A DNA stretch of 64,000 bases from Patescibacteria group bacterium (GCA_038064695.1 JBBTSO010000004.1:114165-178164), one strand, 5' to 3'; positions 45,480-53,880 are shown, counted from the first letter of the stretch. The notes: a model not told the origin generated them from the sequence alone. Translations and numbers: made by a program.

Positions 45480-45535
45480 AAAGTCTTGTTGATTGTTGCC
45501 GAATGCTCCTTTCTCGATGCTGTATGCTGTAATAT

Positions 45536-46819
45536 ATGAAACCCTTTCATATTGCGGTTCTCGTTTTTTTTGGCGCGCTCGCGATGTTCGCGGTATTTAT
45601 TTTTGCCAGCTTTTCTTCGCAAAACCGTGACGCGGTTGGTGAGGTAGTTATATGGGGGACGCTCCCTGAAAACACGGTTGATGAGGTGCTGTCGGCGTTG
45701 TTTCTTGTTTCAGACGGTTACGAGGAAGTATCGTATCGGCAACTCGCGGAATCAACGTTTGTTGCAACACTTGTTGAAGCAATCGCTGCTGACCGTGGCC
45801 CTGACCTCATCCTGCTTCCTCATGACGCGGTGTTGAGTGAACGTGACAAAGTTATAACCATCCCGTACCGTTCCATTTCACGCCGGTCGTTCCAAGACAC
45901 CTTTGTTGAAGCGGGGGAAGCGTTCCTCACTGACGAAGGGATGTTAGGACTACCATTTTATATTGACCCATTCGTGCTTTATTGGAACCGCACGCTCTTC
46001 TCTAATGCGGGAATTGCCCGTGTCCCTCGCTTCTGGGATGAGTTTGTTGATATTGCGCCTGTACTTTCAAAGCACACTCAAGGAGGCACACTAACGCAAA
46101 GCGCGGTGAGTTTAGGCGAGTGGGGGAACATCACTCACGCAAAAGAAGTTTTTACCTCACTCATTATTGGGCTCGGCAATCCCATTACTCAGTTTGCTGA
46201 CGACGGAGAACTGCGGGTGGTGTTAAACGGAGATCAAAACGCCGCAGTGTCGCCGGCTGAGTCAGCGCTCCGTTTCTACACCGACTTTGCTGATCCGGTA
46301 AAAACAACGTACTCATGGAATCGTTCCCTCTCACCTTCACGAGATGCTTTTACGGCGGGTTTTTTGGCGACGTACTTTGGTAAGGCAAGCGAGCTACTCC
46401 CTATTCGCGCACAAAATCCTAATCTCAATTTTGATGTTGCCGCGTATCCCCGCGTGCGTGACGGAGTGCTCGCGGTGCCCGCGGACGTGTACGCGCTCGC
46501 CATTCCGCGTGGCTCAAAAAACCAGAGCGGAGCATTGAAAGTGGCAGTCGCATTCTCAGGAATTGATGTTCAGAAATCTCTCATGGCTCAAACAGGACTC
46601 CCGTCAGTGCGGAGAGACGTTTTGAGCGCGTCTCCAGAAAACCCTTTTGAGTCCATATTCCGCGATGCTGCTTTAAATGCGTACGTGTGGTTTGACCCGG
46701 ATCCGGAAGGTACTGAAAAGATTTTTGAACGAATGGTTGAAGAAACATCATCAGGGAAATTGCGTATTCCTGAGGCGGTGAGTCAAGCACAGGAGGAGCT
46801 TTCTACTCTTGCGCGGTAG
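45536..46819 (+). CDS. Membrane-anchored extracellular solute-binding-like protein
   Basis: N-terminal TM anchor, then about 400 aa of periplasmic-binding-protein-like composition (VIWGTLPEN...). No cognate permease is adjacent, so the assignment is weak. Confidence 0.4.
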   Translation: MKPFHIAVLVFFGALAMFAVFIFASFSSQNRDAVGEVVIWGTLPENTVDEVLSALFLVSDGYEEVSYRQLAESTFVATLVEAIAADRGPDLILLPHDAVLSERDKVITIPYRSISRRSFQDTFVEAGEAFLTDEGMLGLPFYIDPFVLYWNRTLFSNAGIARVPRFWDEFVDIAPVLSKHTQGGTLTQSAVSLGEWGNITHAKEVFTSLIIGLGNPITQFADDGELRVVLNGDQNAAVSPAESALRFYTDFADPVKTTYSWNRSLSPSRDAFTAGFLATYFGKASELLPIRAQNPNLNFDVAAYPRVRDGVLAVPADVYALAIPRGSKNQSGALKVAVAFSGIDVQKSLMAQTGLPSVRRDVLSASPENPFESIFRDAALNAYVWFDPDPEGTEKIFERMVEETSSGKLRIPEAVSQAQEELSTLAR

Positions 46820-46836
46820 GGTACAATAGAAAAGGA

Positions 46837-46871
46837 AGTAATGAGATATCAGTAACGAGTAATCAGTAAAA
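46837..46871. repeat. Heptad leader repeat AGTAATG-AGATATC-AGTAACG-AGTAATC-AGTAAAA upstream of the first pilin-like gene
   Basis: 7-bp periodicity read directly from the sequence. Confidence 0.5.
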
Positions 46872-46875
46872 ATAA

Positions 46876-47253
46876 ATGAAAAAGTTTTTTAATTATATTT
46901 CGTATCTTGCTGTTTTTGCGCTCGTCTCCATTCCGCGCGTGTCGTACGCTGCAACGTGTGGTGAGGGGAGTGGGGGGCTTCAGAATCCACTCCAGTTCTG
47001 TACATTGACCGACTTCCTCTCCGCACTTCTAGGCGCGGTCATTCAGATCGCGTTTCCTATTATTGTGCTCTTTATTGTGTTCATTGGTTTTAGATTTGTG
47101 CAGGAATCAGCAGCGGGCAACGCGGAAAAAATGAAAGAGCTCCGTGGTTTGTTGTTTTGGGCTATTGTGGGCGCGCTCCTTATTCTTGGTGCGCAGGTCC
47201 TCTCCTACGCCATTGACGCTACGGTGCAGCAGCTAGGAAGTGGAATTCGTTAA
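46876..47253 (+). CDS. Small pilin-like protein 1 (signal peptide + two TM helices; VirB2/TrbC-like topology)
   Basis: Signal peptide ..SYA|ATCGEG, then LSALLGAVIQIAFPIIVLFIVFIGF .. LLFWAIVGALLILGAQVLS. Paralogous to the next three genes and to the N-terminus of 58870. Confidence 0.55.
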   Translation: MKKFFNYISYLAVFALVSIPRVSYAATCGEGSGGLQNPLQFCTLTDFLSALLGAVIQIAFPIIVLFIVFIGFRFVQESAAGNAEKMKELRGLLFWAIVGALLILGAQVLSYAIDATVQQLGSGIR

Positions 47254-47268
47254 TATATAACGGGAGGT

Positions 47269-47700
47269 ATGACACTGACTGACATCATCAATATCATTAC
47301 CAATCTCGCGCAGCTTGTTGTTCCTATTTTAGTGGCACTTGCGCTCCTATTTTTCCTGTGGGGTCTCGCTACTTTTATTTTGAATGCAGGCGAAACTGAT
47401 AAGCAAAAAGTGGGGAAGGATCGTATGCTCTGGGGGCTCGTCGCGCTTTTCTTCATTATTTCCATTGGTGGGTTGTTGGTTATTCTTCAAGGAACCTTTT
47501 TCCCTGACCAGGGGCTCCATAACACCCCTTCAGGGTTCACCGCTAACCAATTTCCAACTTCAGGTGGTGCAGGCGGGGGAGGCGGAGAGGGTAGTTTGCT
47601 TGACGGTGGCTCAGCAGATAGACCATTTCGATTTGGTGGGTTTGCCTGCTTTTTTGGGAACTGCGAAGGAGAAACTGAAGGATTCCGACGTATACGGTAG
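47269..47700 (+). CDS. Small pilin-like protein 2 with Gly-rich C-terminal tail
   Basis: Shared family motif PILVALALLFFLWGLATFILNAGETDKQKVGKDRMLWGLVALFFIISIGG. C-terminal GGAGGGGGEGS and CFFGNC. Confidence 0.55.
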   Translation: MTLTDIINIITNLAQLVVPILVALALLFFLWGLATFILNAGETDKQKVGKDRMLWGLVALFFIISIGGLLVILQGTFFPDQGLHNTPSGFTANQFPTSGGAGGGGGEGSLLDGGSADRPFRFGGFACFFGNCEGETEGFRRIR

Positions 47701-47802
47701 TTTTTTAGTATCCACACCCAACTTTTTGGTGTCTTGTGGGTGTGTGTAGAGTGATATACTGGAAGGGTAGTATTAATAAATTATTGAAACTCTCGTACAA
47801 TT

Positions 47803-48108
47803 ATGGACGGTATTGAAAACATTTTAAGAATTATCGGCGAATTAATTAACCTTGCTACGCCGATTGTTGTCGCGCTCGCGCTTCTCTACTTCTTTTGGGG
47901 TCTTGCCAGTTACATTTTGAAGGCAGGTGAAGAGGATGGAAGAAAGAAGGCAAAAGACACCATGATCTGGGGTATTCTTGCTCTTTTCGTGATGGTTTCG
48001 GTATGGGGCATTATCAACGTCGTTCGTGATACGTTTGAAATTGATAATAACAACCAGATTGACATCCCTATTGTTGATATAGATCAGAGTGGCGGTTCTG
48101 CACGTTAG
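47803..48108 (+). CDS. Small pilin-like protein 3
   Basis: PIVVALALLYFFWGLASYILKAGEEDGRKKAKDTMIWGILALFVMVSVWG. Confidence 0.55.
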   Translation: MDGIENILRIIGELINLATPIVVALALLYFFWGLASYILKAGEEDGRKKAKDTMIWGILALFVMVSVWGIINVVRDTFEIDNNNQIDIPIVDIDQSGGSAR

Positions 48109-48346
48109 TGTGAAAGAAGAACGCGAACCACATACTTCGCCCGTAAAACCCGCGGACGCGCTTGGAACTCTCTCCAATCGCACGCGGGTTTCGCGTTACT
48201 CGGGATTGTTAGTTGCCGTGGTCGGTTTTTTCGTCATCGCCTTTTTTATTGGCTTGCTCTTTCGGTTTGTGTTTGACGAGTCAAACACACCCGACATTCC
48301 CACTGTTGATTTAAAGCAGGACTCGTTTTAAGGGTATACTTTTAGT

Positions 48347-48592
48347 ATGAATAATTTTGATATTTTTGTCGGGAACCTCGTTGAGTTCCTTATTCAACCA
48401 CTCATCAACTTACTTTTCGCGCTCGCGTTAGTGTACTTTTTATGGGGGCTTACTATGTTTATTTTAAACGCGGGTGACCCTGAAGGTCAGAAAAAAGGAA
48501 AGACCGCGCTCATTTGGGGGATTATCGGGCTTTTCATTATGACTTCGGTCTTAGGCATTCTTGCCGTTGCTCAAAATACGTTTGGGATTTAA
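48347..48592 (+). CDS. Small pilin-like protein 4
   Basis: LINLLFALALVYFLWGLTMFILNAGDPEGQKKGKTALIWGIIGLFIMTSVLG. Confidence 0.55.
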   Translation: MNNFDIFVGNLVEFLIQPLINLLFALALVYFLWGLTMFILNAGDPEGQKKGKTALIWGIIGLFIMTSVLGILAVAQNTFGI

Positions 48593-48638
48593 ACCAGTTC
48601 GTGCAGAGACAATTTTTTTCTGGTATTGTAGGAAAACT

Positions 48639-48723
48639 GCTGGGATGGCGAAATTGGTAGACGCACTTGCCTTAGGAGCAAGCGGGGTGACCCATGGAGG
48701 TTCGAGTCCTCTTCCCAGCACCA
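48639..48723 (+). tRNA. tRNA-Leu (anticodon TAG), CCA encoded
   Basis: Hand fold: acceptor GCTGGGA/TCCCAGC, anticodon loop CTTAGGA, long variable arm, T-loop TTCGAGT, then ACCA. Confidence 0.85.
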
Positions 48724-48762
48724 GTTCAAAAATTAAGAATAATTTGTTACAGTGGGGAGCAT

Positions 48763-48835
48763 CCGCCCTTAGCTCAGTTGGTAGAGCAACTCCCTCTTAA
48801 GGAGATGGTCCTTGGTTCAAATCCAAGAGGGCGGA
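48763..48835 (+). tRNA. tRNA-Lys (anticodon CTT)
   Basis: Hand fold: acceptor CCGCCCT/AGGGCGG (C1-G72), D-arm GCTCAGTTGGTAGAGC, anticodon loop CTCTTAA, T-loop TTCAAAT. Confidence 0.7.
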
Positions 48836-48952
48836 CAGCGAATCGAAACAAAACCCCTACGGGCTTTTTTCGTTTACGTTGTCCGGGTCGAAAAGGTGGT
48901 ACGTTTCGAGTGCAACTCTTTACTTTGACACTTTTTCTATACTAACCTGCAC

Positions 48953-49255
48953 ATGGCAGAAATCGCAGCGGCAGAGTCATCATTAATCCCCGGTTGGGTG
49001 CTACCATCGGGAATCGCGGTTGCCCTCCTTATTGGAATTTTCAAAATGACTGTTGAAGGTGATATCGATATTGATTCAGATAGTAAAAATGAAGACACAG
49101 AAGAAGAAAGTAAAGAATGTGAAAATTGCGGTGGCAGTAGGTTTGTGACCTGCGGTAGGTGTGAAGGTGATGGAGATGATCCTGAATTTTTTAATGAAGA
49201 GTGTTGGTGGTGTGATGGTAGTGGAAAAGTACCTTGTTGGGAATGTAATTCATAA
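48953..49255 (+). CDS. Membrane-anchored mini-protein with a DnaJ-type cysteine-rich zinc-finger (4 x CxxCxGxG) and an acidic linker
   Basis: TM helix WVLPSGIAVALLIGIF, linker DIDIDSDSKNEDTEEESKE, then CENCGGSRFVTCGRCEGDG and CWWCDGSGKVPCWEC. Confidence 0.55.
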   Translation: MAEIAAAESSLIPGWVLPSGIAVALLIGIFKMTVEGDIDIDSDSKNEDTEEESKECENCGGSRFVTCGRCEGDGDDPEFFNEECWWCDGSGKVPCWECNS

Positions 49256-49326
49256 CAACTCCAACATTACCCCACGGGGCGGGCATTCTTTGTTGTTCTC
49301 TTATATCGTAGTATCCTTTATAAATC

Positions 49327-49398
49327 GGCCACGTCGTCAAGTGGTAAGACAAGGGACTGCAAATCCCTTATACGCGAGTTCGATTCTCGCCGTGGCCT
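49327..49398 (+). tRNA. tRNA-Cys (anticodon GCA)
   Basis: Hand fold: acceptor GGCCACG/CGTGGCC, anticodon loop CTGCAAA, T-loop TTCGATT, discriminator U. Confidence 0.85.
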
Positions 49399-49496
49399 CA
49401 AGTATGGTAAAAATAAGAAATCGCTCGGGTAAGCAGAGCTTGCCCGAGCGTCGCTCGGAGACAGTGCATATATAATATTCACTGTCCTCCTCACTC

Positions 49497-49580
49497 GCCC
49501 GGGTGGCGAAATTGGTAGACGCGCAAGACTTAAAATTTTGTAACCGAAAGGTTATGCGGGTTCGATTCCCGCCCCGGGCA
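49497..49580 (+). tRNA. tRNA-Leu (anticodon TAA)
   Basis: Hand fold: acceptor GCCCGGG/CCCGGGC, anticodon loop CTTAAAA, long variable arm, T-loop TTCGATT. Confidence 0.85.
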
Positions 49581-49674
49581 CTTTTTAAATAATCTAGAAT
49601 TCTAGATTATTTTGGCAAGGGAATCAGATAGAGTGAGTGCGCGCAACGACCCGGCTCTGAGTCGGAGCGAAGAG

Positions 49675-49693
49675 GATTCCCGCCCCGGGCACT
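49675..49693 (+). repeat. 19-bp direct duplicate of the tRNA-Leu(TAA) 3' end (GATTCCCGCCCCGGGCACT), 92 bp downstream of the tRNA; att-like scar
   Basis: Identical to 49564-49582. The intervening 92 bp contains the perfect 26-bp palindrome AAATAATCTAGAATTCTAGATTATTT (49587-49612). Confidence 0.6.
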
Positions 49694-50006
49694 ACTTTTT
49701 CTCTGTTGTTTCAACCGGCTCTATGGTCCCCCCGACCACAGGGTCGGCAAGGAAGGTAACGTGGGGGAGTGCGCGTACACGGAGGCGTGATTTTAAGTAA
49801 TCGCTAAAGTTACTGCGTTGTCGGTTCAAAAAGTCAGTCGCCGCGTGCGTTTCTTTTTCTGGGAAAACACTCACAAAAATGTCGGCGCGCATACCCCTGC
49901 GATCCAATACCACCTTGGTCACCGTAATCATAGACCGACGGTTACTTTCTCGGTTTATAAATTCAGACGCTGCTTGCTGAAGTGCCTCAATAAGTCGTTC
50001 CCTCAT
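49692..50006 (-). CDS. rbfA: Ribosome-binding factor A
   Basis: SMITVTKVVLDRRGMRADIFVSV .. LRVRALPHVTFLAD aligned by eye to RbfA. Immediately downstream of infB, the classic infB-rbfA order. Confidence 0.7.
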   Translation of the reverse strand: MRERLIEALQQAASEFINRESNRRSMITVTKVVLDRRGMRADIFVSVFPEKETHAATDFLNRQRSNFSDYLKSRLRVRALPHVTFLADPVVGGTIEPVETTEKK

Positions 50007-51485
50007 TTACATACTTCGAATTTCTATTTGATCGCCACCAATAATGTCTGCCTTTGTTTCTATCTGCGCGCCAAATTCTTTTCCCTCTGAGAGTGAATCT
50101 ACATCTGCGCGTTGTGCCTGCAAGTTAGTTATTTTGCCGTTGGCCACTTCAATGCCGCGACGAATAATGGTGACGGTAGCGTTACGTTTTATAATTCCCA
50201 TTTCTACTTTACCTCCCACGACGTGTTTATTGCCTGTAGTTGAAAAATGTTTAAGAATTTTTGCGCGCCCTTCAATGGTTGCCACGGTGGGAGCGGGAGC
50301 ACGGGTTGCGACTTGTTTTTCCAACCACTCGGTGAGTTCGTAAATAATAGAACGAGTTTCAATGACGACGCCTTGTCGGTCGGCGAGGTCTTTGGCAGAC
50401 GCATCCACCTTCACATTGAAGCCAAGAATAATAGCGTCGGGGAAGCCAATTAAGAGCTTCACATCATTTTCTGAAACTGCGCCAACGGTTTTTTGAACCA
50501 CCACCAGCTGTGCGTTCTCACCGGAAATTTTCTTTAATTCAAATTCAAGCGCCTCAATAGAACCAAGAGTGTCGGCCTTGAGCACCAACCGAATTGGTTT
50601 TTTACTTTCATCGTATACCTCCTGTTCACGAAGTGGTGCTTCGCCGAGTTTTGCCATACTCTCGGCTTCTTTTTTCGTCGCAACGACGCGTAGCTCGCTT
50701 CCCACCCGTGGTTCTTTAGAAAAACCAGTAATACGTGCCGGTTTACCACACGCAAGCGCTTTTACCTTTTCTCCAAGTGCGTTTTCAACGATACGGAGCG
50801 GAGCCCACGCATCGTCAGCAACGGCGAATGATCCGACCTCTAAAGTTCCTTCACGCACAATAACCGTTGCAGAAACACCAGCGCGTGGGTCGCGAGAGGA
50901 CTCAATCACGATAGCGCGAGCACTGGCGGATGAATCGCAGGTTATTTCCTCTAGGTCAGCAACGAGGGCAATGAGGTCAAGAAGCTCTGACACACCCTCG
51001 CCTTTCTTTGAAGAGACACCCACCCATGGCACGGTGCCCCCAAGCCCTTCAAGGTAGATTCCTTCTTTCAATACGCTCTCTTTTGCGCGGTCAATGTTCG
51101 CGGTGTCTTTGTCTATTTTGGTGAAGGCGACAATATAGGGAATTCCTGCGGCAGTTATTGCATTCCACGCTTCTTTCGTTTGGGGTTTTACCCCGTCGTC
51201 CGCGGCAATAACTAAAATAGCAATGTCAGCTGCGGAGGCACCACGGCGGCGCATTTCCTGAAACGCCTCGTGTCCAGGGGTGTCTATGAAAGTAATGGGG
51301 CGCGTGACGCCCTCATTGGTTGTGTGTTCAATTTCATACGCCGAAATACGCTGGGTGATGCCACCCACTTCACGGTCGGCAACCTTACTTTTGCGGATGT
51401 AGTCCAAAAGGGAAGTCTTGCCGTGGTCAATGTGGCCGACGACCGCCACGACGGGCTGGGAGTGAGATTTACTAGGAGTTGTCAT
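50007..51485 (-). CDS. infB: Translation initiation factor IF-2 (short form: G domain + C-terminal domains)
   Basis: G1 VAVVGHIDHGKTSLLD, G3 DTPGHEAF, G4 NKID. Confidence 0.9.
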   Translation of the reverse strand: MTTPSKSHSQPVVAVVGHIDHGKTSLLDYIRKSKVADREVGGITQRISAYEIEHTTNEGVTRPITFIDTPGHEAFQEMRRRGASAADIAILVIAADDGVKPQTKEAWNAITAAGIPYIVAFTKIDKDTANIDRAKESVLKEGIYLEGLGGTVPWVGVSSKKGEGVSELLDLIALVADLEEITCDSSASARAIVIESSRDPRAGVSATVIVREGTLEVGSFAVADDAWAPLRIVENALGEKVKALACGKPARITGFSKEPRVGSELRVVATKKEAESMAKLGEAPLREQEVYDESKKPIRLVLKADTLGSIEALEFELKKISGENAQLVVVQKTVGAVSENDVKLLIGFPDAIILGFNVKVDASAKDLADRQGVVIETRSIIYELTEWLEKQVATRAPAPTVATIEGRAKILKHFSTTGNKHVVGGKVEMGIIKRNATVTIIRRGIEVANGKITNLQAQRADVDSLSEGKEFGAQIETKADIIGGDQIEIRSM

Positions 51486-51554
51486 ACGTCCTTATAGGAA
51501 ACCACAAAAAACCCTTTAAATCAATGTTCTTTTTCAGATGCCTTGAAAAATACT

Positions 51555-51583
51555 TGACAAAATGTTTAATTTAGTTTAATATT
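51555..51583 (+). promoter_or_regulatory. Sigma70 promoter TTGACA-16/17-TAATAT in an AT-rich leader
   Basis: Consensus -35 hexamer read directly. About 40 bp upstream of the ATG at 51620. Confidence 0.5.
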
Positions 51584-51619
51584 AAATAGTACGTTTTAAA
51601 AATTAAATTATAAAAAGAT

Positions 51620-52042
51620 ATGGAATTTAAACTAGGATCATTTGTAGGAACAGCAGGATCGGCTCTTGCATACTATTCAGCGGATATACTCGGTAAGCAA
51701 CACAATGTTTCTAATAATGAAATGTTAGGTGTTCTTTACGAAAAATTACATCCCGGAGTTGAACCAACCTCAGATGCACTTTCAGATCTTGAATATGTTA
51801 TTCAAAATAGTTTAGGAAGGGAAGAAGCACTTTTTTCTGAACAGTACGATGAAATTCGTGCAGCACTCGTTGGACTTGGCTATGCTACTGACGCAGAATC
51901 AGCTCTCGCTTCAAATTCAATTCTTTCGGAGCTTAATTTGGAAGATTTTTTTGAAAGTGCTTCTTACGGTGCGTTAGGTGCAGCAGGAGTTGCGGCCATT
52001 AGCTTTGTTGCTGGTTTATTTGACAGACGTGAACGTTGGTAA
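51620..52042 (+). CDS. AT-rich orphan hypothetical protein (140 aa) with C-terminal hydrophobic helix
   Basis: ORF bracketed by a consensus promoter and a strong terminator. GC visibly lower than its neighbours. Confidence 0.45.
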   Translation: MEFKLGSFVGTAGSALAYYSADILGKQHNVSNNEMLGVLYEKLHPGVEPTSDALSDLEYVIQNSLGREEALFSEQYDEIRAALVGLGYATDAESALASNSILSELNLEDFFESASYGALGAAGVAAISFVAGLFDRRERW

Positions 52043-52062
52043 TTGCTAAAAATCACCAATAG

Positions 52063-52095
52063 AAAAACCCTCGCTTAGGCGAGGGTTTTTTGTGA
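52063..52095. terminator. Bidirectional rho-independent terminator (GAAAAACCCTCGC-TTAG-GCGAGGGTTTTTTGTG)
   Basis: Perfect GC stem with A/T tracts. Serves the convergent genes on both sides. Confidence 0.6.
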
Positions 52096-52593
52096 GTGGG
52101 CGACTGCCTTTGCTTCTTCTTCCGAAAGTTCACGCTCTGACTTAAATTGTTTTATTTCTTTTGCGTAGACACGAACGCCGTCACGAGAATGGATACCGGA
52201 GAGAACCACACCATCGCCTTTTTCATTTAAGAGCGCTGTCGCAAAACTTTGTTGTCCCGAGTTTCCAAACGGGTCAAAACGTTCAACCGCAACGCCTCGT
52301 ACTGCGCCCTGAAGGCGCTCGTCAACATTTTCCAGTGCTACTTCAGTTGTTTTAGCGTGAGTTTCAAGCGCCGTTGTTCGGTCGCCTAATTTTTTTATGG
52401 TTCCTTCTAGTGTTTTTCCGTCACCGCCCTTGGTGAGTTTGGTGAGTCGGCGAGAGAGGAGCGATGTGCGAATGAGCGAGTAGAGAAGAAGCACCGCGAG
52501 CCCTGAAAGAATAGGTTCGTAGCGGATGAGGTTGAGCACCATCAGTGTGTATTCAGAAACTATCTCCATAGATATATAATAACAGGGAAGCAA
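52075..52593 (-). CDS. DUF4446-like membrane-anchored protein
   Basis: N-terminal TM helix, then ERFDPFGNSGQQSFATALLNEKGDGVVLSGIHSRDGVRVYAKEI, which resembles the DUF4446 core. The assignment is from memory of that family. Confidence 0.4.
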   Translation of the reverse strand: MLPCYYISMEIVSEYTLMVLNLIRYEPILSGLAVLLLYSLIRTSLLSRRLTKLTKGGDGKTLEGTIKKLGDRTTALETHAKTTEVALENVDERLQGAVRGVAVERFDPFGNSGQQSFATALLNEKGDGVVLSGIHSRDGVRVYAKEIKQFKSERELSEEEAKAVAHSQKTLA

Positions 52594-52599
52594 GAAGTG

Positions 52600-52667
52600 T
52601 TTAGTTGATGGTGGATAGTTTCTAGCCAGAGGATGCTAACCACTAACCACTAACCACTAGCAACTAA
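52600..52667. repeat. TAG-heptad repeat block including three tandem CTAACCA units (GTTTAGTTGATGGTGGATAGTTTCTAGCC...GCTAACCACTAACCACTAACCACTAGCAACTAAC) in the divergent promoter region upstream of iscS
   Basis: Read directly from the sequence. Ends 2 bp before the ORF-track start of iscS. Confidence 0.6.
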
Positions 52668-52692
52668 CATGCTATTCAAAAAACACCTCTAT

Positions 52693-53880
52693 ATGGACTA
52701 TGCGTCTTCCACTCCACTGACGAGGGAAGTGCGTCGCGCTATGCGCCGCGCGCTGTCTGCGTACGGGAACCCCTCGGCGCCCCACGAAGAGGGGCGCCGA
52801 GCAAAGAAGCTCATCGAAGACGCGCGTGCAGCCATTGCACGAGCGCTCACCGTGCGACCCGAAACAGTGTATTTCACTGGGAGTGGTACGGAGTCAAATG
52901 GAATGGCCATTTTTGGATTTATTGAAGCACTCGTTGAACGAGGAGCCACTTATTCCGATCTTCACATAGTTGTTTCTGAATTTGAGCATCCGTCAGTGTT
53001 GGAACCTATCGCGTACTTTATTAAAAAAGGAGTCGCCGTGTCCTATGTTCGCCCCACTGAGGACGGCATTATAACTCCCGAGGCAGTACATGCAGAAATT
53101 AAACCGGAAACAGTGTTCGTTTCCGTGGTTTCCGTGCAGAGCGAATTAGGCCAGATACAACCACTCAAAGACATTTCTCGTATTGTTGAAAAAATTCAAG
53201 GTGCGCGCACTCAAAAAAATCAACATCGTGTGCCCGAATGTCCGCTTCCCATTCTTCACACCGACGCAAGTCAGGGTTTGATGTACGTTGATGTATCGCC
53301 TGAGCGACTCGGAGTAGACATGGCGAGTTATGACGCGCAAAAAATAGGTGGACCAAAAGGAGTGGGGGTGCTCTACAAACACTCACGCGTTCCCTTGGTT
53401 CCGCTTATTCGTGGAGGGTCGCAAGAAAGAAAGTTGCGCGCGGGTACTGAAAATGTAGTGGGGATTGTGGGAATGGCGGTTGCGTTTGTGGGCGCAGAGC
53501 AGGGAAGAAAAGAGCGTAGCGCGCGCGTGAGTGCCGTGCGAGAGTACATGCGCGCATTGCTCCAAAAAATAGTGCCCGATGTAGAAGTGAATGGAGGAAT
53601 GAAGCATCGCATTGCGAACAATCTTCACGTTTCTGTACCCGCATCTGACGGAGATTATCTCGCGGTACTCATGGATCGTGAGGGAGTTTCGGTTTCGCCC
53701 CGCTCTGCCTGCATCGCTTCAGGCACTTCTTCAAAAGCGGTATCACTGCTTGGAAAAAGTGAAGAGGCCGCGCGAGGCACGCTCCGCTTTACCTTTTCTC
53801 CCCACGTGAGCAAACGTGATGTGCGTAGGGCAGTACGCGCGCTGGCACGCGCCCGGAGAATTATTGACACAAAAAAGTAG
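52693..53880 (+). CDS. Cysteine desulfurase / class V aminotransferase (IscS/NifS family)
   Basis: MDYASSTPL, PLP-lysine region (HTDASQG .. D .. AQKIGGPKGVG), and the conserved active-site Cys region SACIASGTS. Confidence 0.85.
   Translation: MDYASSTPLTREVRRAMRRALSAYGNPSAPHEEGRRAKKLIEDARAAIARALTVRPETVYFTGSGTESNGMAIFGFIEALVERGATYSDLHIVVSEFEHPSVLEPIAYFIKKGVAVSYVRPTEDGIITPEAVHAEIKPETVFVSVVSVQSELGQIQPLKDISRIVEKIQGARTQKNQHRVPECPLPILHTDASQGLMYVDVSPERLGVDMASYDAQKIGGPKGVGVLYKHSRVPLVPLIRGGSQERKLRAGTENVVGIVGMAVAFVGAEQGRKERSARVSAVREYMRALLQKIVPDVEVNGGMKHRIANNLHVSVPASDGDYLAVLMDREGVSVSPRSACIASGTSSKAVSLLGKSEEAARGTLRFTFSPHVSKRDVRRAVRALARARRIIDTKK

Noticed and set aside
48089-48331. 80-aa ORF with one TM helix between pilin-like genes 3 and 4
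   Set aside because: It overlaps the end of gene 3 by 20 nt in another frame. Its composition is plausible (LLVAVVGFFVIAFFIGLLF), but there is no family resemblance to the flanking paralogues and no ribosome-binding site was seen. It is left unannotated as uncertain.
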